A stretch of DNA of 62,661 nt, the filler included, from Collodictyon triciliatum (lineage: Eukaryota), in NCBI GenBank assembly GCA_043381765.1. It is 5 parts of 5 records of this genome, joined end to end, with 100 filler letters (N's around TTAATTAATTAA, not from the genome) between each part and the next. Parts side by side here need not be neighbours in the genome. Positions count along the whole stretch, not along the records: positions 1 to 14,688 come from JBHJMP010001784.1; 4 more parts are not named here. One strand, given 5' to 3'. How positions within the stretch are numbered: the stretch's first letter is position 1; each line of letters begins with the position of its first letter. The notes below the pieces were generated by a model. That model did not search any database and was not told the DNA's origin. It saw only the letters and a program-made list of their open reading frames with translations. Position numbers and translations under genes: made by a program. Positions 1-13,570 of this stretch are shown here, piece after piece.

Positions 1-304
1 GTTCTTGCGGCATATCCAAACTATCCAAAGATTCGCAAGGACATTCTGGACAAAGCCCGTGCGGCTTTGCGTCCGTAAAGGATGCATAATAAACACACAA
101 ATACATACGCAACGAGGCGAGCGTAATAAATTGTTATTGATGTTTGTTTGTTTTTTTGGATGGATACAGAAAGGTCTCCATTTCGCAACTTTTTGGTTGT
201 TTGCATTCGGCTCCATTTTGTTTAATTCACATCACCGAATTGTGTGAGTGTTGGTTGGCGAGTAGATGGGAGCGGGCGATTGAAGGTGGATAGAGTCCAA
301 GAGA

Positions 305-457
305 CTAGACAGACCATCCTGAGAAGTGGCACGGGCACTGAGACGAAGCCTATGGTATAGAGCCGCTGCCCTGCGGTTGAGGGGACGCAGAAGCAACGGC
401 GCTACGACAGAGACTTGCGTCTAGAGGCGTGGCCACTTCTCAGTATAATCCCTCTAG
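305..457 (-). other. Long imperfect RNA hairpin at the 3' end of the 454-1579 gene
   Basis: Perfect 12-bp inverted repeat CTGAGAAGTGGC (319-330) / GCCACTTCTCAG (432-443), with nested stems AGACG-AAG/CTT-CGTCT and GCCGTTGCTTCTGCG/CGCAGGGCAGCGGC. Mismatches become G-U pairs on the minus strand. Confidence 0.55.
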
Positions 458-1579
458 GCAGCAGGCTGTATGTTGAAGTTGGTCTCGAGGATGTTTTCGG
501 ACTTGTTGCAGTAACCTACAGGTCAGATGCATCATGGAATCGGTCAAGAATGAAACAGGTGGGCGACCTTGCAGAGTCATGTAGAGGTGAGTAGCCTGAT
601 GACAGATGCGAACTACTCACCGGTGTAATCGACGCATATGGTGCGACGTCCCCCGCAGGATTCCTTGTTGTTACCATTTGTGCGGTGACGAAGCCTACGT
701 CTTGTTGTGGTGGCGATGGGGCAATCTTTGTCGATTTGACTACGGTTTTTGCGGGAGGTGAGTTCGGCGAAGGCGTTGAAAGAGTAAAAGCGCGAGAGGG
801 TCAGGTTCTTTGTGCACCAAAAGGGGGCCAGGGCGAAAGTTCGTTGCACGCCGTGCGAGGAGGAGTTGCTTGGTAGCGAGACTACAAGGCCCAGGCGAAA
901 GTGGTTCCCTTCGGTAATGTCACAGATGCGTAGGCCGTAGTACTCGTGTGTTGTTGCGGCGATCCCGAACTTGGACGACACGAATGCAGAATTCGGCTGC
1001 GGTTGCAACTCCAGGAACGTTTGTCGAATATAATCCTTCTATTAGAGTATAGGACATTAAGCGGTTCTTCTCGGGCTTATGCCAGGGTTTCAGCTAAAAG
1101 AGATATTAATAATATGTTCTGCAAGAGACATCGAGAGGAAAAGTTACTTTAGAATGTTCAACAAGAATGGCCTTCTCCACAGGATTGTTATCTATGTCCA
1201 GGACACATAAATGCGCAGACACCCCGCTTATCCAAATACGGAACGATAATTGCAGGGATTTTCCTGTATTTTCCTCGATGCTATATGGCCTCGGGAAAAG
1301 CGCAACCCTAAGGAGATCGACACCTTCGCTGTCTTGTCTTTCGTATGGTTTGAGGAGTTCTTCATTCGCATGGGATTTCGACAGACTGACATCCTTCACT
1401 TCACTACACATTAACCATATGTGAAAAGGGAGAAAGGAAAATTGTAAAAGTCGTTGGGAAAGGGAACTTTCGGCACAAGCGCATCTATAGTCTACTTACA
1501 AGACCAAAGCAGCCTCACTCACAGGATCAGTGGGGAGTAGACTAAAAGGGTGGTCGCTTGGAATAGAAGGGCTTTGCAT
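454..1579 (-). CDS. Spliced hypothetical protein (~4 exons)
   Basis: ATG at 1579 (MQSPSIPSDHPFSLLPTDPV...). GT-AG introns (donors GTAAGT, GTAACT, GTGAGT) join ORFs 1106-1411 and 613-1008 in frame. Last exon GYCNKSENILETNFNIQPAA* ends at TAG 456-454. The frame of the last exon is uncertain. Confidence 0.55.
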
Positions 1580-2166
1580 GGTCGAACACAGCTATCTGTG
1601 AGCAAATCGCAGGAACTATCGATCAAACTGCTGTTTAGTTTACGAGAGACAAGTTCGGTGTTGCTGAATCAGATCGCCAGTCGTCTGGGTGTTTTGTTTG
1701 CCCTCCCTTGATCCCAACAAGCCGCAATCGCGAATCTCTGGTCGAGACACTTCAGACCATTCTCTGTCTCTTGATCTGTCAACTTTGTCCTTTCTGCAGT
1801 TCTGACTTGTGTTTTGTGAAAGCGAATGCGCGACGCGATCGACAAACCGATGAGGATTTTTTTATATAGAAAGAACAGGTTGTGTGGTGCATTACAACAA
1901 TTAGATTTTCTGTGGAAAAGTCGCGCGAGATAATATTTTTCTTCCTTGGTGAATCTAGAATGTTCCTAAAGGTTCTGCAAGTATAATTCGTATCGATTAT
2001 CATAAATTCTGATAGATTATATGTTTTACGACCCCAGTCGATCATATGCTGCATTTAATTGTATATTGCTAAATTTTCCAAATATAAATTATTATCTTAA
2101 TACGGCATGATTCACTAACCTGCCAAAAGGCAAAGCACAGCAGAATAAGAGGTGCGCGTCATTCAG

Positions 2167-2384
2167 ATGCGGCGACGCGCTGAAGAGAGCCGAAAAAACA
2201 GAGTACAGAGCGCGCACAAAAGTTTACGGTATATGTGCCGAGCTTCTGCTGTCTTTTTTCTTCTTTTCCTTTCTTTCTTTACAGAGCAACCACCCCATAA
2301 CATTTCTGTTACCATGCGCAGTTTGCAGATGGAGTTGTTTTTGTTGCTCTTGGAGTCCGAGAGTCCTCTTGTTACTACCACCAA

Positions 2385-2482
<98 letters not shown>

Positions 2483-4944
2483 GAAAGCGAAATTGAATAG
2501 ACAGTTCTTGTTAACATGGCTTTTGCATTTTCAGAAAACACGCCCTTTTAAGCGCCAGCAAAAACAGACCAAGACTTCGAGCTCCTGTCTCAACTTGCCG
2601 AGGAGAAATCTGGAGGATGGCTAAACTTGTGAGTTACTGTGAATGGTCTCTCCGTTTGTTGTCATTTTCTCTCTTTTCGCCCTCATAAGACTATACAGTT
2701 GTGATTGTTTTTGTTCATTCGCAAACTTTGCTCCATTTATATTCCGCATACTGCGTTCAATGGCTTTTATTTTTTGAAGGCAAAAACTATTTTTGTTTCT
2801 TAATACTTGCAAACTTTCCGTTACAATTACGGAAGCTTAATCCTTGAAGCACAATCCAGAAACGAATAACTAGTCCTCTGCTCTATTAAAAGTGTCACAC
2901 AGATATTAACAATTAATTGTCCTAACATGTCTGACTTCAAGCGCTCATCCACCCGAGATACCATCGCTGTAAGGATTTCAAAGTCTTACCAAAAATCCAT
3001 TCCGATAATGCATATTCTTAAAAACGAAGCTTGAAAATAAATTCATCAACAAAGCTTCCTTTCACAGAATTTACTAAAAATAAAATCTCCTATTTTAAAT
3101 CTTGAACATATTTTAATTTGTGGCATCGGAGGTAAACAAATAATCATTGTACGGAAACCACGCAATCATGAGAATCAGCTAACATCGCGCAATCCTTTTC
3201 CAATAAACCCACAGCCTGAATCGCTGACTGAATCAAAGTCCGTTTTTGATTCGCTCGGTTCTGATGAAGGAACTGGGGCCGCCACCGAAAACGGACGTCC
3301 AAGACGAACATCAAACAGCCCCCGAAAGAAGTCTACGCTGGATTTTCCATCAAAGAAAAAAAGCAAAAGGAAGGCTGAATCAACTAGAACGCAATCTGGG
3401 GCACCAAAAAAGCACGTTGTTTAATATATATTTTTGACACAGATTTTGTCTCTTTTTCTCCATAAGAAAAAATGGCGGATTTTCGAATGAGTTCAGTTTT
3501 AGCAACATTTTTTTCTCGCCATTAAGCTTCTCTCATTACGGATTTTCTTAATTCTTTTTTATACTTTTTCTATCTCATTAAGTCGACTAATAGATTTGAA
3601 TTTTACAGAAAAAACAAAGATAAACTATCCACCACAAAACCATCCACGGTACTACTTCATTTAATTATCTTCTGTCATTGTAACTATATCCAAAGTTGTA
3701 CCTCTCTCTTTTTTTAATAGAAATTCAATATTTAAACCTTTTTGATAATTTTTATGAAGTTCTTTTTAAATGTGTTTTCTTCACTTACAAAACTCAAGGG
3801 AAAAACAGAATACTTGGCAGACGAGGATGTCTTTGAGTTGGAGGAAATTCGGTCAATGCTGAGAGAGAAGGTTTCCATTTTTCTTTTTCCTTTTTATTGA
3901 TATTACTCCGTTGTAATAAGCAATCTTAATTTGATGCACATCAACATTATCCTATTTTTATACCTTTTTTCATGATTATCTCTTATGATTTAAAATTAGC
4001 ATACCATGTGACATGACAGGGGAAAACGAAATATCTCGTCAAATGGCTGAACTATCCGGAAAGTGAAAACTCATGGGAACCCTCTTCTAATCTACTCAGT
4101 AGAGAACCGATACAGACATTTCTTGATTCGCTCAAGAAAGAGCCCGTCAGTGTTTACTTTGTTGATGAAAAATGGTGTATATAGCCTATAATTATAGTAT
4201 TATCATTTATGTTTCCAATTTTTCTTGTTGTTGGATGTTTCCTTTTACATGATTCGAATATTGAGCTCAACTATGAATATTATATATTTATTTTCTTCAG
4301 CTGTGGCATTTTTGCACTCTGACGTCTGGAAACTCGCCCACACCCCACTGGTTCCCCTTCGATCGGATGGGCTCCCTGGCGATTGAAGAGGCCTTTCAAG
4401 TAAGCATTACATTGTTTGTTGCTCTCATAAGGACCAAAAAAAAAAGCAAAAAAAAAAAAAGCAAAGTATTGGTGGGGTAAATGCCCAAGTAATTTTGACT
4501 GAATCAAATGAAAAGGGAGCTAGATTTCCTGGCTTTGCTTTTTTTTCCTCTTGTCATTTTCAATAAAAGATTCATATTATTTTAGCTTCGGTTTTTTTTC
4601 TCTCATACGTTTCATACTTTTCTTCTTTTCTTTCAAAACAAGGACTGGCTCAAAACTCCCAGTCCAGAAACTATCTCAATGGACATATCAGGGTTCGAGT
4701 ATCAGGTATTTTTTTTCTTCACGCATTTCATATGAAAAGCAAAGCCGAAGCATTAGCATCAGCCAAGGATACAAAAAGAAAAAAGAAGGAAAAAAAAAAA
4801 AAAAAGGAGCAGAAAAGTGCGAACTCATGAACACGAACAGCTTATTTGCTTCATCTCACGCAGGCTGATTTCAACCGAATGATTATTTTCAAGTCCGAAT
4901 TTCCCACCGAGGAGCCCCAATACGTGCGCAGAACTGCAAAATGA
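2167..4944 (+). CDS. Chromodomain + C-terminal WWE-domain protein (multi-exon)
   Basis: Exons 3799-3870 and 4020-~4146 give EDVFELEEIRSMLREK-GKTKYLVKWLNYPESENSWEPSSNL (chromo). Exons 4301-4399, 4643-4705 and 4864-4944 give LWHFC..PHWFPFDRMGSLAIEEAFQ-DWLK..MDISGFEYQ-ADFNRMIIF..YVRRTAK* (WWE pattern). Start uncertain (2167, 2617 or 2927). Confidence 0.8.
2385..2481. repeat. (ATT)n microsatellite, intronic
   Basis: Direct reading. Confidence 0.95.
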
Positions 4945-5551
4945 ATACATCACTGACGAATATATACAATGAAAACAGTCCTGCATCGCACTGTGTATAC
5001 CTCCACCTTCTCCAGTTCACCCGCAAACAATTATGACTCTTATCCACCAAACCCTCCCATCCTTTCCCTCTCATCGCACAATCAATAAATGATATATCAA
5101 CCAATAAATGATCTATCAACCAATGAATCATGAATCATGAATCATCAATCATGAATCATGAATCATCAATCATCAATAGAAAAGCCGATGAAATATAAGC
5201 ACACAACATCCATGCATAAAATCCTACGCTGGCGACAATCCTTATCCCTTCCTCACCCAACCACGCTATCGCGACTTCTTTCCAAAAAATACCCCGAATA
5301 TTGTTGAGCCCAAAGCAACTCATATTTTCTTTTCTATATCTCTCTTTTTGTTATTCGATTCGAACCCCTTGTGGGAAAATGACACGAATGAAAGGGAAAA
5401 GCGATCGATAGTCAAGGTCAAGTGCCCATCCAAACACCCCTTGGAGCCTACACTTCTTTTTTTACATTTTTTTTTTTACTTGCTCCCATGTCTTTTCCTT
5501 TTCTTCTCCTACTCTTTTAAAGGGGTTTATTGCACCAAAGTGGGAAAGGAA

Positions 5552-6065
5552 ATGAACTCGACTGAGGCGGAAAGACGGCGGGGTGAAGCGGGAGAAAGAG
5601 GCGCAACACACGAGGACGCCATGGACAAGGTTCTCCATACTAAAAATGCTTTACTTTTTTTTGTTTGCTTCTTCCTTCTCCTCTCGGCTTCTGTGTTGAT
5701 TTCCATGTTGGTATACATCATCATGTCTTGTAACAACTTTTTTTCACAACCTCCAACATACAAAAATGATTAAAAAAAAAAGGTTTACACATTTTCATTA
5801 ATCACATAAAAACTATATTTACATTATTTTATCACGCATCCGAAGCCTTTCTAGATACCGATATAAGCTTTTCTGTCTGATGAAAAGCGAGCTCGCCTCT
5901 CATCCCGCTCTAACATCAGGCCACTTGCATAGGTGGAGGAAGAAAGCAACGCAGCATTGGCGAGCATTGCGAGCGCACTCTCCAGATTAGTTTCAATTGT
6001 AGACCTTTCACAAGAGAAAGCATTAGAAGAGGTTTAATGGAAATCATTTTAAATGGCCTTAGCAC

Positions 6066-6114
<49 letters not shown>

Positions 6115-7316
6115 TACGAGAGCAGATTTTAATTATATTATTATAACCACGAAACCTTATCATGGCATAGTTGAAGCTTATTCGCATGAACCATATCAAA
6201 AGACTTGGTCTGAAGGAGACGCATATCACTTTGATTGCGCGGCAGTATCGCCATATCTTGTTAAAGAAGCACCGAATCCATAATCCAACCACAAACGCGC
6301 CTCAACTCGTTCGACTTCATAGCTTAGTCTCGGAATTAGTTTTCTCAACTACCTTGCGACATTCCTCCATTAAAAATCAGGCGCAGCTCCAGCGATTTTC
6401 CAGCCTTCCTTTGGAAACTGCACGCTGGGTTAATGAGGGTCACTATACAATCAACCTGCCTCTGTCATGCTTCAAGAATTACGGGGAGAAAACTTTCCAG
6501 ATGGGCAAGAATGGCAGCCGCCTTGGGGAGTTCCGCTATCCTTTCGGACTAGCCGTGCACCCAATAACTTCAAGAGTCTATGTATGCGATGATGAGAATA
6601 ATAGAGTCCAAGTGCTCGACACAGATCTAAATCCATTGTATAAGCTACCAGGCGAAAATGCTAAGCTCGCCGATGGCCAGGAGACGATCATGATGACATC
6701 TCCTTTTGGGTTGGCAATCTCGCACGACGGGGAGTTGCTTGTGGTTGTGGAGAACTCAAGTTCGTCCTTTTTAATAATCAACGAAGTGCAAGGAACATAC
6801 CACCGCGTGGGAAGAAACGGAAAAGGGCCCAATGAACTATCCAGTCCTTATTATGCAGCGTTCGACACGGACAAAAACATCTTTATCATGGACTGTGGCA
6901 ACCGCCGTGTTTGCAAGTATGATGTGTCTGGAATTTTGCTTGGGATACTTGCAGAGGATAAGCTTACCTCCTTGAAAGGAAAGCCATGGGGGATGATGAT
7001 AAATGATGAAAACGAGCTCATGATTCTGGAAAACGCGGGCCACGCCGTGATGGTTTTTGACTCGGGGAATGGAAAGTACCTGCGCAGCATCCCCATAGAG
7101 GCAACCAGGTCAAACTGGAACTATCTTTTCAGAGGACCAAACGCAACTTTTGGTGTGACAGACTTTGACAGGGGCTGTGTTATCCTGTATGCGATGGATG
7201 GTAGTGTACTCTGGCGAAGTGAAATACGCAAGCCTCTCGGCGCTGCGTTCAATGCAAACGGGCGTCTCTATGCTGTGCGGTGGGGCGATTCAGTCATTCA
7301 GTACTATGACCCTTAG
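5552..7316 (+). CDS. NHL-repeat (beta-propeller) protein with short helical N-terminus
   Basis: Repeats such as GSRLGEFRYPFGLAVHP..RVYVCDDENNRVQV and GKGPNELSSPYYAAFD..IFIMDCGNRRVCKY in ORF 6171-7316. Two upstream exons (5552-5628, ~5933-6031) splice in frame to an acceptor at ~6380. Confidence 0.85.
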
Positions 7317-7929
7317 TGTGCTTGTCTCAGTGCTTGGCCTCGCCGCGTGCCTATTCCTTCTCTTCCCTTTCGTTGCCTTTTTCAAGGGATAAATAAGTAG
7401 CAGAGATGCGAACATTTAAATCGAAATATAAAGAAAGGAATTAATCGACCGTAAGGATGATATGCTTGGAATACATACTCCATCAAAAATAAAGAAAAAC
7501 ATAAAGAAAAACATAAAGAAATACACAAATACACAAATACACAAATAAATAAAATTACATATAGATTAGAACTAGGTAGAAACTGTTGGTGGAATGGGTA
7601 ATTTATTGGTAAAGCTCATGATTTGGTGCTGCACATCCTTTTATCGTGGTTTTTTTTTTTTTTTTTTTTTTTTGTAAAGAAAAGAAAATATATGCTAGTC
7701 TTTTGTATGCACATTTTGCATCCGTGAAACTTTCTCCAAAGAGGGGTGTGGCCATATAAACATCAGAGATATATTATGGTGCAACGAACCCAGAAGATTA
7801 TGAATTACTCTTGGGAATGTGCACTGTTATGTGATAAGTAATTAATTACTCGTATAATATAAATTCACACACAAAATGGGATTACTAATGGTGACATATT
7901 CAAAACAGTGACATATATAAAAGTCAAAT

Positions 7930-10900
7930 CAATTAATACATCGATCCACAATTCACCTTTGCTTTTTGATTTTGGATGAATAGTGCCTCCCTGGGAATTA
8001 GACGAAGATGCAGATGAATGAGACCTTAATTCCATATATATTTAAAAGAAAAGTCCCTCCCAAGAAGATTGAAGAAAGAAATAGAAGAGACTGTTATTGT
8101 GTGTTGCACTGTTATTACCTGGATGACAATTGTTTTGTCGTACGGTTTGAGTCGGAACGAATCTCCTTCGATGATTCACCTCCTGCTGAGGATTGCCGAT
8201 TTCCGGACGCGCCTTTGACAGGAGGGTACAAGGTTTCGCTTTCCGCTGCCTTCTTTTCTGATTTTGTAACCTCAGCGGCCTTGCGCAGCGCATTCTCGAG
8301 ATTAGACCTTGCGAGCGAAGTAGACGACCCGGAAGTCGAGTCCAAAGATGAACCTCCAGAGGCAGATTGTGGCCGTCCTTTTAGACAAAGTACCATCATT
8401 ATGACTATGATCAGTTTCTCAACTATAGGGTGAAATAATACAATATTCACCAGATAATGTTTTCAGAAGTTATTTTACGTGAGTTTTCGGACTGCGCGGC
8501 AGAAGCTGGACGTGACCCAGCAATTAATGCGGCTTCGCGATGATATTCCATGATAAGTCGTTGGATATCGTCTGGTCCGATAGGCTTTTGGAGTTATTGT
8601 ACGATTAAGGCATTAAATCTTTGGAGAATGGAATGGAAATAGAACGATTATGAGAAAATTATAAGGTAGATGGAAAGATAGAAAGATAGAAAGATAGAAA
8701 GATAGAAAGATAGAAAGATAGAAAGATAGAAAGATAGAAAGATAGAAAGATAGAAAGATAGAAAGATAGAAAGATAGAAAGATAGAAAGAGGAAATGATA
8801 GGACATACAGTATGTTTTCCATTCAAGTAGTCATTGAAAATGAACGAAAATATACATTCGGAGGCTCAAGCGATTCCTGTCGAAATTTGTACAAAAGATC
8901 ATCGATGTATTTCATCCTTTCGTTAAGCTCACGGTCTTCTCTGTGTTCCTTTAAATAATCGCGCGCTTGTTCGATGTTGCTGCTCACGATGCTTTCTTGT
9001 CCAGTGGCTATTGCCGCATTTTTTTATCAAATAAAATTATTGAAATAGAGTCAGTCGAAGATGCATCGTCGTGTCTTTGTTGTAATAAGGATTCAAAAAT
9101 ACTGAATAGTGCGCGGCACACAGACAGAATGCAAATGAGAAAGAAAAAAAGAAAAGAAATATTATCACACTGATGATATGTAGCAAGAAGCATATATCCT
9201 TTGTCGACCAGACATCAATGAAAATTCTTGTAAAGCAACCAAATACATTATACATTATTTGGGTACAACAGTTTCCAGAATACCTGACATTGATGAGCTT
9301 CCAGAGTAGACGGAGCCGTTTGTGGATATGGACTTTGAGTCCCATTCAGTCGGAGGAACAAGTTTTTGAAGACGTCTAGTGACAATGCGGGGTTTAAAAA
9401 AAATTACATATACATAAAATAGTGTAGGAAATATATGTGAATGTGTGCGGTTCTAAGTTAAGTATTCATTACTGGTCGATGTCCCTCACTTTTGCAACAT
9501 CCTCGTCACTCACACCAAATGGGGATATTTGCTACGTACATATCATTGGAGCAAATATGTAAAAAAACAAAAACAAAAAAAACTGTGAAACTGGAAAAAG
9601 TTTACAAGAAAAGTTAAGGCCATCAACATAAAGTAAAGTTATCGATGAAACCTTGTATCATCTCATTATTATTATTATTTTTTACAAAAAGGACTACAGG
9701 ATTACATTGAAAATTAAAAAACATAAACCTCGTCATTCTCTTCCAGGATTTGCTCAGCTCTTTCGTTATCTTTTGGTGCTAAAGTGAAGAATCGAGAGTA
9801 TGTTGCCACATTCTAGTTTGCATACATTTGTGGCGATTGAGTGCATGCACTGATAGTACTTGTCTCGTTATTATAAGGCCATATAAGTATACTTACTTGG
9901 ATGTTCTTTTCAATAAATTTCCTGTGATTATGAGATGAGCCCTTTCTCACTAAAGACAAATGTTTCGTTTAATTACAATTTCAAAAAAAGCTTGAGTTAA
10001 AAATCAATTATTTAAGATAAAATATAAAGAAAGAAGGAAGACAATTTTCCATAAAAACAAAAAGCAGAAGACTTGATCTTTTCACCGACGCAGACGAATA
10101 GCGTCGCTGTGTATTAATTGGGGGAATATCAGATGTCTCAGATGGATTCGGATTTGTGTTTTCAGTCTTTCCATAGACTAAATCATCCAACTCCTCGGGG
10201 ATATCGGTATCATCAAAACTGTCTATTCTTTCTTCACGCTCATCGATCGAATCATGTAAATCTCCTTTCAATCTGCTCTTCAGTCTTTTCGTTATTTCCT
10301 GGGCCTCCTATTCAACTAAGGTCAGTATGTGAACAAACGTCCTTTCTTCGATTCATTTTTACTCTAATAAGCTATACGGAAAATGGACATCACTTAACAA
10401 ACACGCATATGTATTCGTTATTATTGACACCTTATTCTTTTTTGAGAGGATTCGGTCGAGCTCTCGAATTTTAGAAAGACCGTCTTGAATCTTTCTCTCT
10501 TCTTCACTCAAAACTTTTTTGGGCTCAAAATCCTTTAGTTTTATGTTACGATAGTCAGTCACAAAAAGAACTAGAGCACAATGTAAAATTATTTTTCCAT
10601 CATATGTCTTACTGAGTCAGTGACTGACTGCACCAAGAGAGTAGACGCGCTGCCCTGTTTTCATTACCCAGCATGTTTGAAAGGAATGAGGCAATAATGA
10701 TTATAAAGAAAAATTGTGAAAGGTGGTGGCAAAGACAAATAAATGGAGCTGACATTGTCATTGTCAAATAGGCAACATCACATTTTGTTTTATTCTTTAA
10801 AAAAAAAAAAAAAAAAGGAAAGGATGATTCACCAATAAATATCAAACATGAATATATTCATCACCTGGTCGACAATATCAATAAAGTCAGGGGGGAATTC

Positions 10901-12129
10901 AACCAAAGGTTGCCCGTCATCACCAACAGAAGGGTTCTCCAACAGTTCTCTCAAGTAATAATCGAGCTCGGTCCTGCGAGAACCCTGACATCGAGCGATT
11001 GCAAATCGCAGCAGAAGCACAGTTATGTTCAACTATCCACTATGCCTTCTCAATTTTAACAGTATCATCATTTGTGGTGGTGTAAAATGATGGATTTGAT
11101 CAATAAAATAATGATACAAAGAGGAATAATTCATCTTTCATGTTACTTGCTGCTCTAGAATAGACTCGAGCATCATCCCCATTTCACTGAGGGACATCGG
11201 TGGCTCCGGAGTCTCCTCGATATCATCGCTTTCTTCACCATAATCATCATCGCTGTCACTTTCATCGACGTTTTCAGCTTTACCGGTTTCCAACTCTTTT
11301 CGATCCGTTGCCACTGCTTTCCTGTTTCCTGTAAAAATCATAAAGCTTGGACTGAATGAAGTGAATTACTATATGTATGGGTCCCAAATCGCGCACTATA
11401 AATGCAGACATGATTGATTAATGAAGCAAAGGAGCATAAGAATTCTATGCCATTAGTTGAAGGACTACTTCTCACAGTCTTGATACCAGCTTCAGTCATA
11501 AATGTTTCGGGTGACCCTATGAATATGAACGCAATCTGTAAATACGACGGGCGCAATATATAAGAAAAGTTAGAATCGCAGAGGGGACATAGAGAAAACA
11601 AATATAGCAGCGAAAACTGAAAGCAGAACTCAGTTCCAGCGAATTATATACTACTGAGTCTTCAGTCATACCAGACGCTGACCCGCGAGACCCAAAAGAA
11701 CCCGACGTCCTCAAATAAGCATCAGTCATCTCATAAGGCCTAACAAGAATACACAACAATCAATTAAGAGTTAACTGTAAATAAATAAATAAATAAATAA
11801 AAAAGGAGTTCAAAGTAAGTATGAGTGTTTAACAAATATAAATATGGATATAAACGCCAAAATGAAATAAAGGAAAAAGAAAAAAAAAATAGCAACCAGT
11901 ATGTAAACATGAGTGTCTACAAACTATTGAATCTCTTATATTTTACTATCAAACAGTACCGGGGCTCTGGAGGAAGTCTCTCCATCACACTTGAGTCTGG
12001 TATAACAGGTCCGAAAAGCGGAGCGAGTGACCCTGAGCGATTCTTCGCACGGCGTTCGATTCGGACAAGACCGGACGAACCTGGGCTAAGTGGGTTTGGA
12101 GACGACGCAGACCCGAGCTTTGTGTCCAT
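7930..12129 (-). CDS. FSIP1: FSIP1-like (fibrous sheath-interacting protein 1 family) coiled-coil protein, many exons
   Basis: Ordered motifs KIQDGLSKIRELDRILSKK, NFIEKNIQ-NVATYSRFFTLAPKDNERAEQILEE, VAKVRDID and DYLKEHREDRELNERMKYIDDLL match my recollection of the FSIP1 family pattern. 3' end approximate. Confidence 0.65.
8673..8789. repeat. (GAAAGATA)n tandem repeat, intronic
   Basis: Direct reading. Confidence 0.95.
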
Positions 12130-12468
12130 GACTCTCGCGTGAGTCTTCAAAGGAGTAAAGCTATTAGATTACTAAGCACAGGACACCTTTGCACACAAAA
12201 AGAGAGAATACTGCAACTACCTTTGACCGCAGCGACAATGCCCGAGGAAGGGAAAAAGAAGGCCAGTAGAGAAAACCAATAGAACCAATATAAAACAAAA
12301 AAACTATAAAAAAACAGAATCAGAAAGGAATTAAACAATCCGAATGTGGAACTTAAAATAATACAAGAAACGCTGCTTCATTACAGACAAACCAACACTG
12401 CGCTCCAAGATTTTATAAACGCAAGCAGAAACCCTTGAAAAACCTCACTTATTTCCCCTGGTTTCTCT

Positions 12469-13536
12469 TCACCCAGAGGAGTATTTCCGGAAAAGACGCA
12501 TCGCCTCCTCACAGTCCGCTCCTTCCTCGCACTTCCGCAAAAGCCCCTCGAACTGCCCTCGTACAACCTCCTTTCGCTGAAGGTACGCCTCATAGTCCTT
12601 CGGCTTCGGCCCTTCGTAGTGAAGAATCTTGGCTTTCTTGTTGCGCTTCCAGTACGGCCTCCAGTTCCAGTCTATGCTCAAAGTCCCCATGCGCCCTTCA
12701 TAGAACGTGTTCAACGCGCCCTGTATCATAAAAACATCAGTGTCCGATTCTACATAACCCAGCTCATGCTGTTTTGTGTGCGATTGGCACAATCAGTGAG
12801 TCTGTTTGGTTGCCCTAATGGTTGCTCTGATTGGCTATCTTCTGATGGTTGAGTTATCACAGCACCCTGTGTGTGTGGTTGATGTGGTACAGACGATTCT
12901 GACCTGGTCAGTCGGCCCGTTCGGAAAATCGAGTCTGCCGTTCGACCGGATAAACTCAAGGAACTCCGCGTGCGTTGCCTTCATGTTTGGTATGTTAATC
13001 AGCATCACTCCAGCGTTGCAAGGAAATGGCTCGTCTTCGTCGTACTGAGCCGGGCACGAAAAGTATCTGGGGTTGTATGCTCGCTTTCAGTGTTGCGACC
13101 ATGTTTTGACCTTGCAAGCCTCTTGGTGTGTTGTATTGTGGAATGCGCTCAAGAAATGTTATGGTGGTGTATGAAAATAGATTGTTGGGAGATGTCCATA
13201 AAATCCCCCGAGCTGTCCATCATTTTGAATGACTACATACAGAGGGAAAGTCTCGATGTCTCGCGGTCGGATGTCGTCCAGAAACACAACGTCCAGGTCT
13301 GTGTAAAGAACAAAGTCCGAGTCGAACTCGCTTGAAAGAAGAGGCAGGTCTGTCCGCATGAACGTGGATGTCAGGCCTTTTGTGGACGAGTAAGTGGGAT
13401 GCTCCAGTCCCTACGAGATAAGCGGGATGTGTGAGTGCCTGCCGAGCCTGCCGCCGTTGCCAATATAATCCCTTTTCCGCACTGGATTCGCAGTGATATT
13501 ATACATATGCATATATATATATGTTGGGCTATGAAT

Positions 13537-13570
<34 letters not shown>

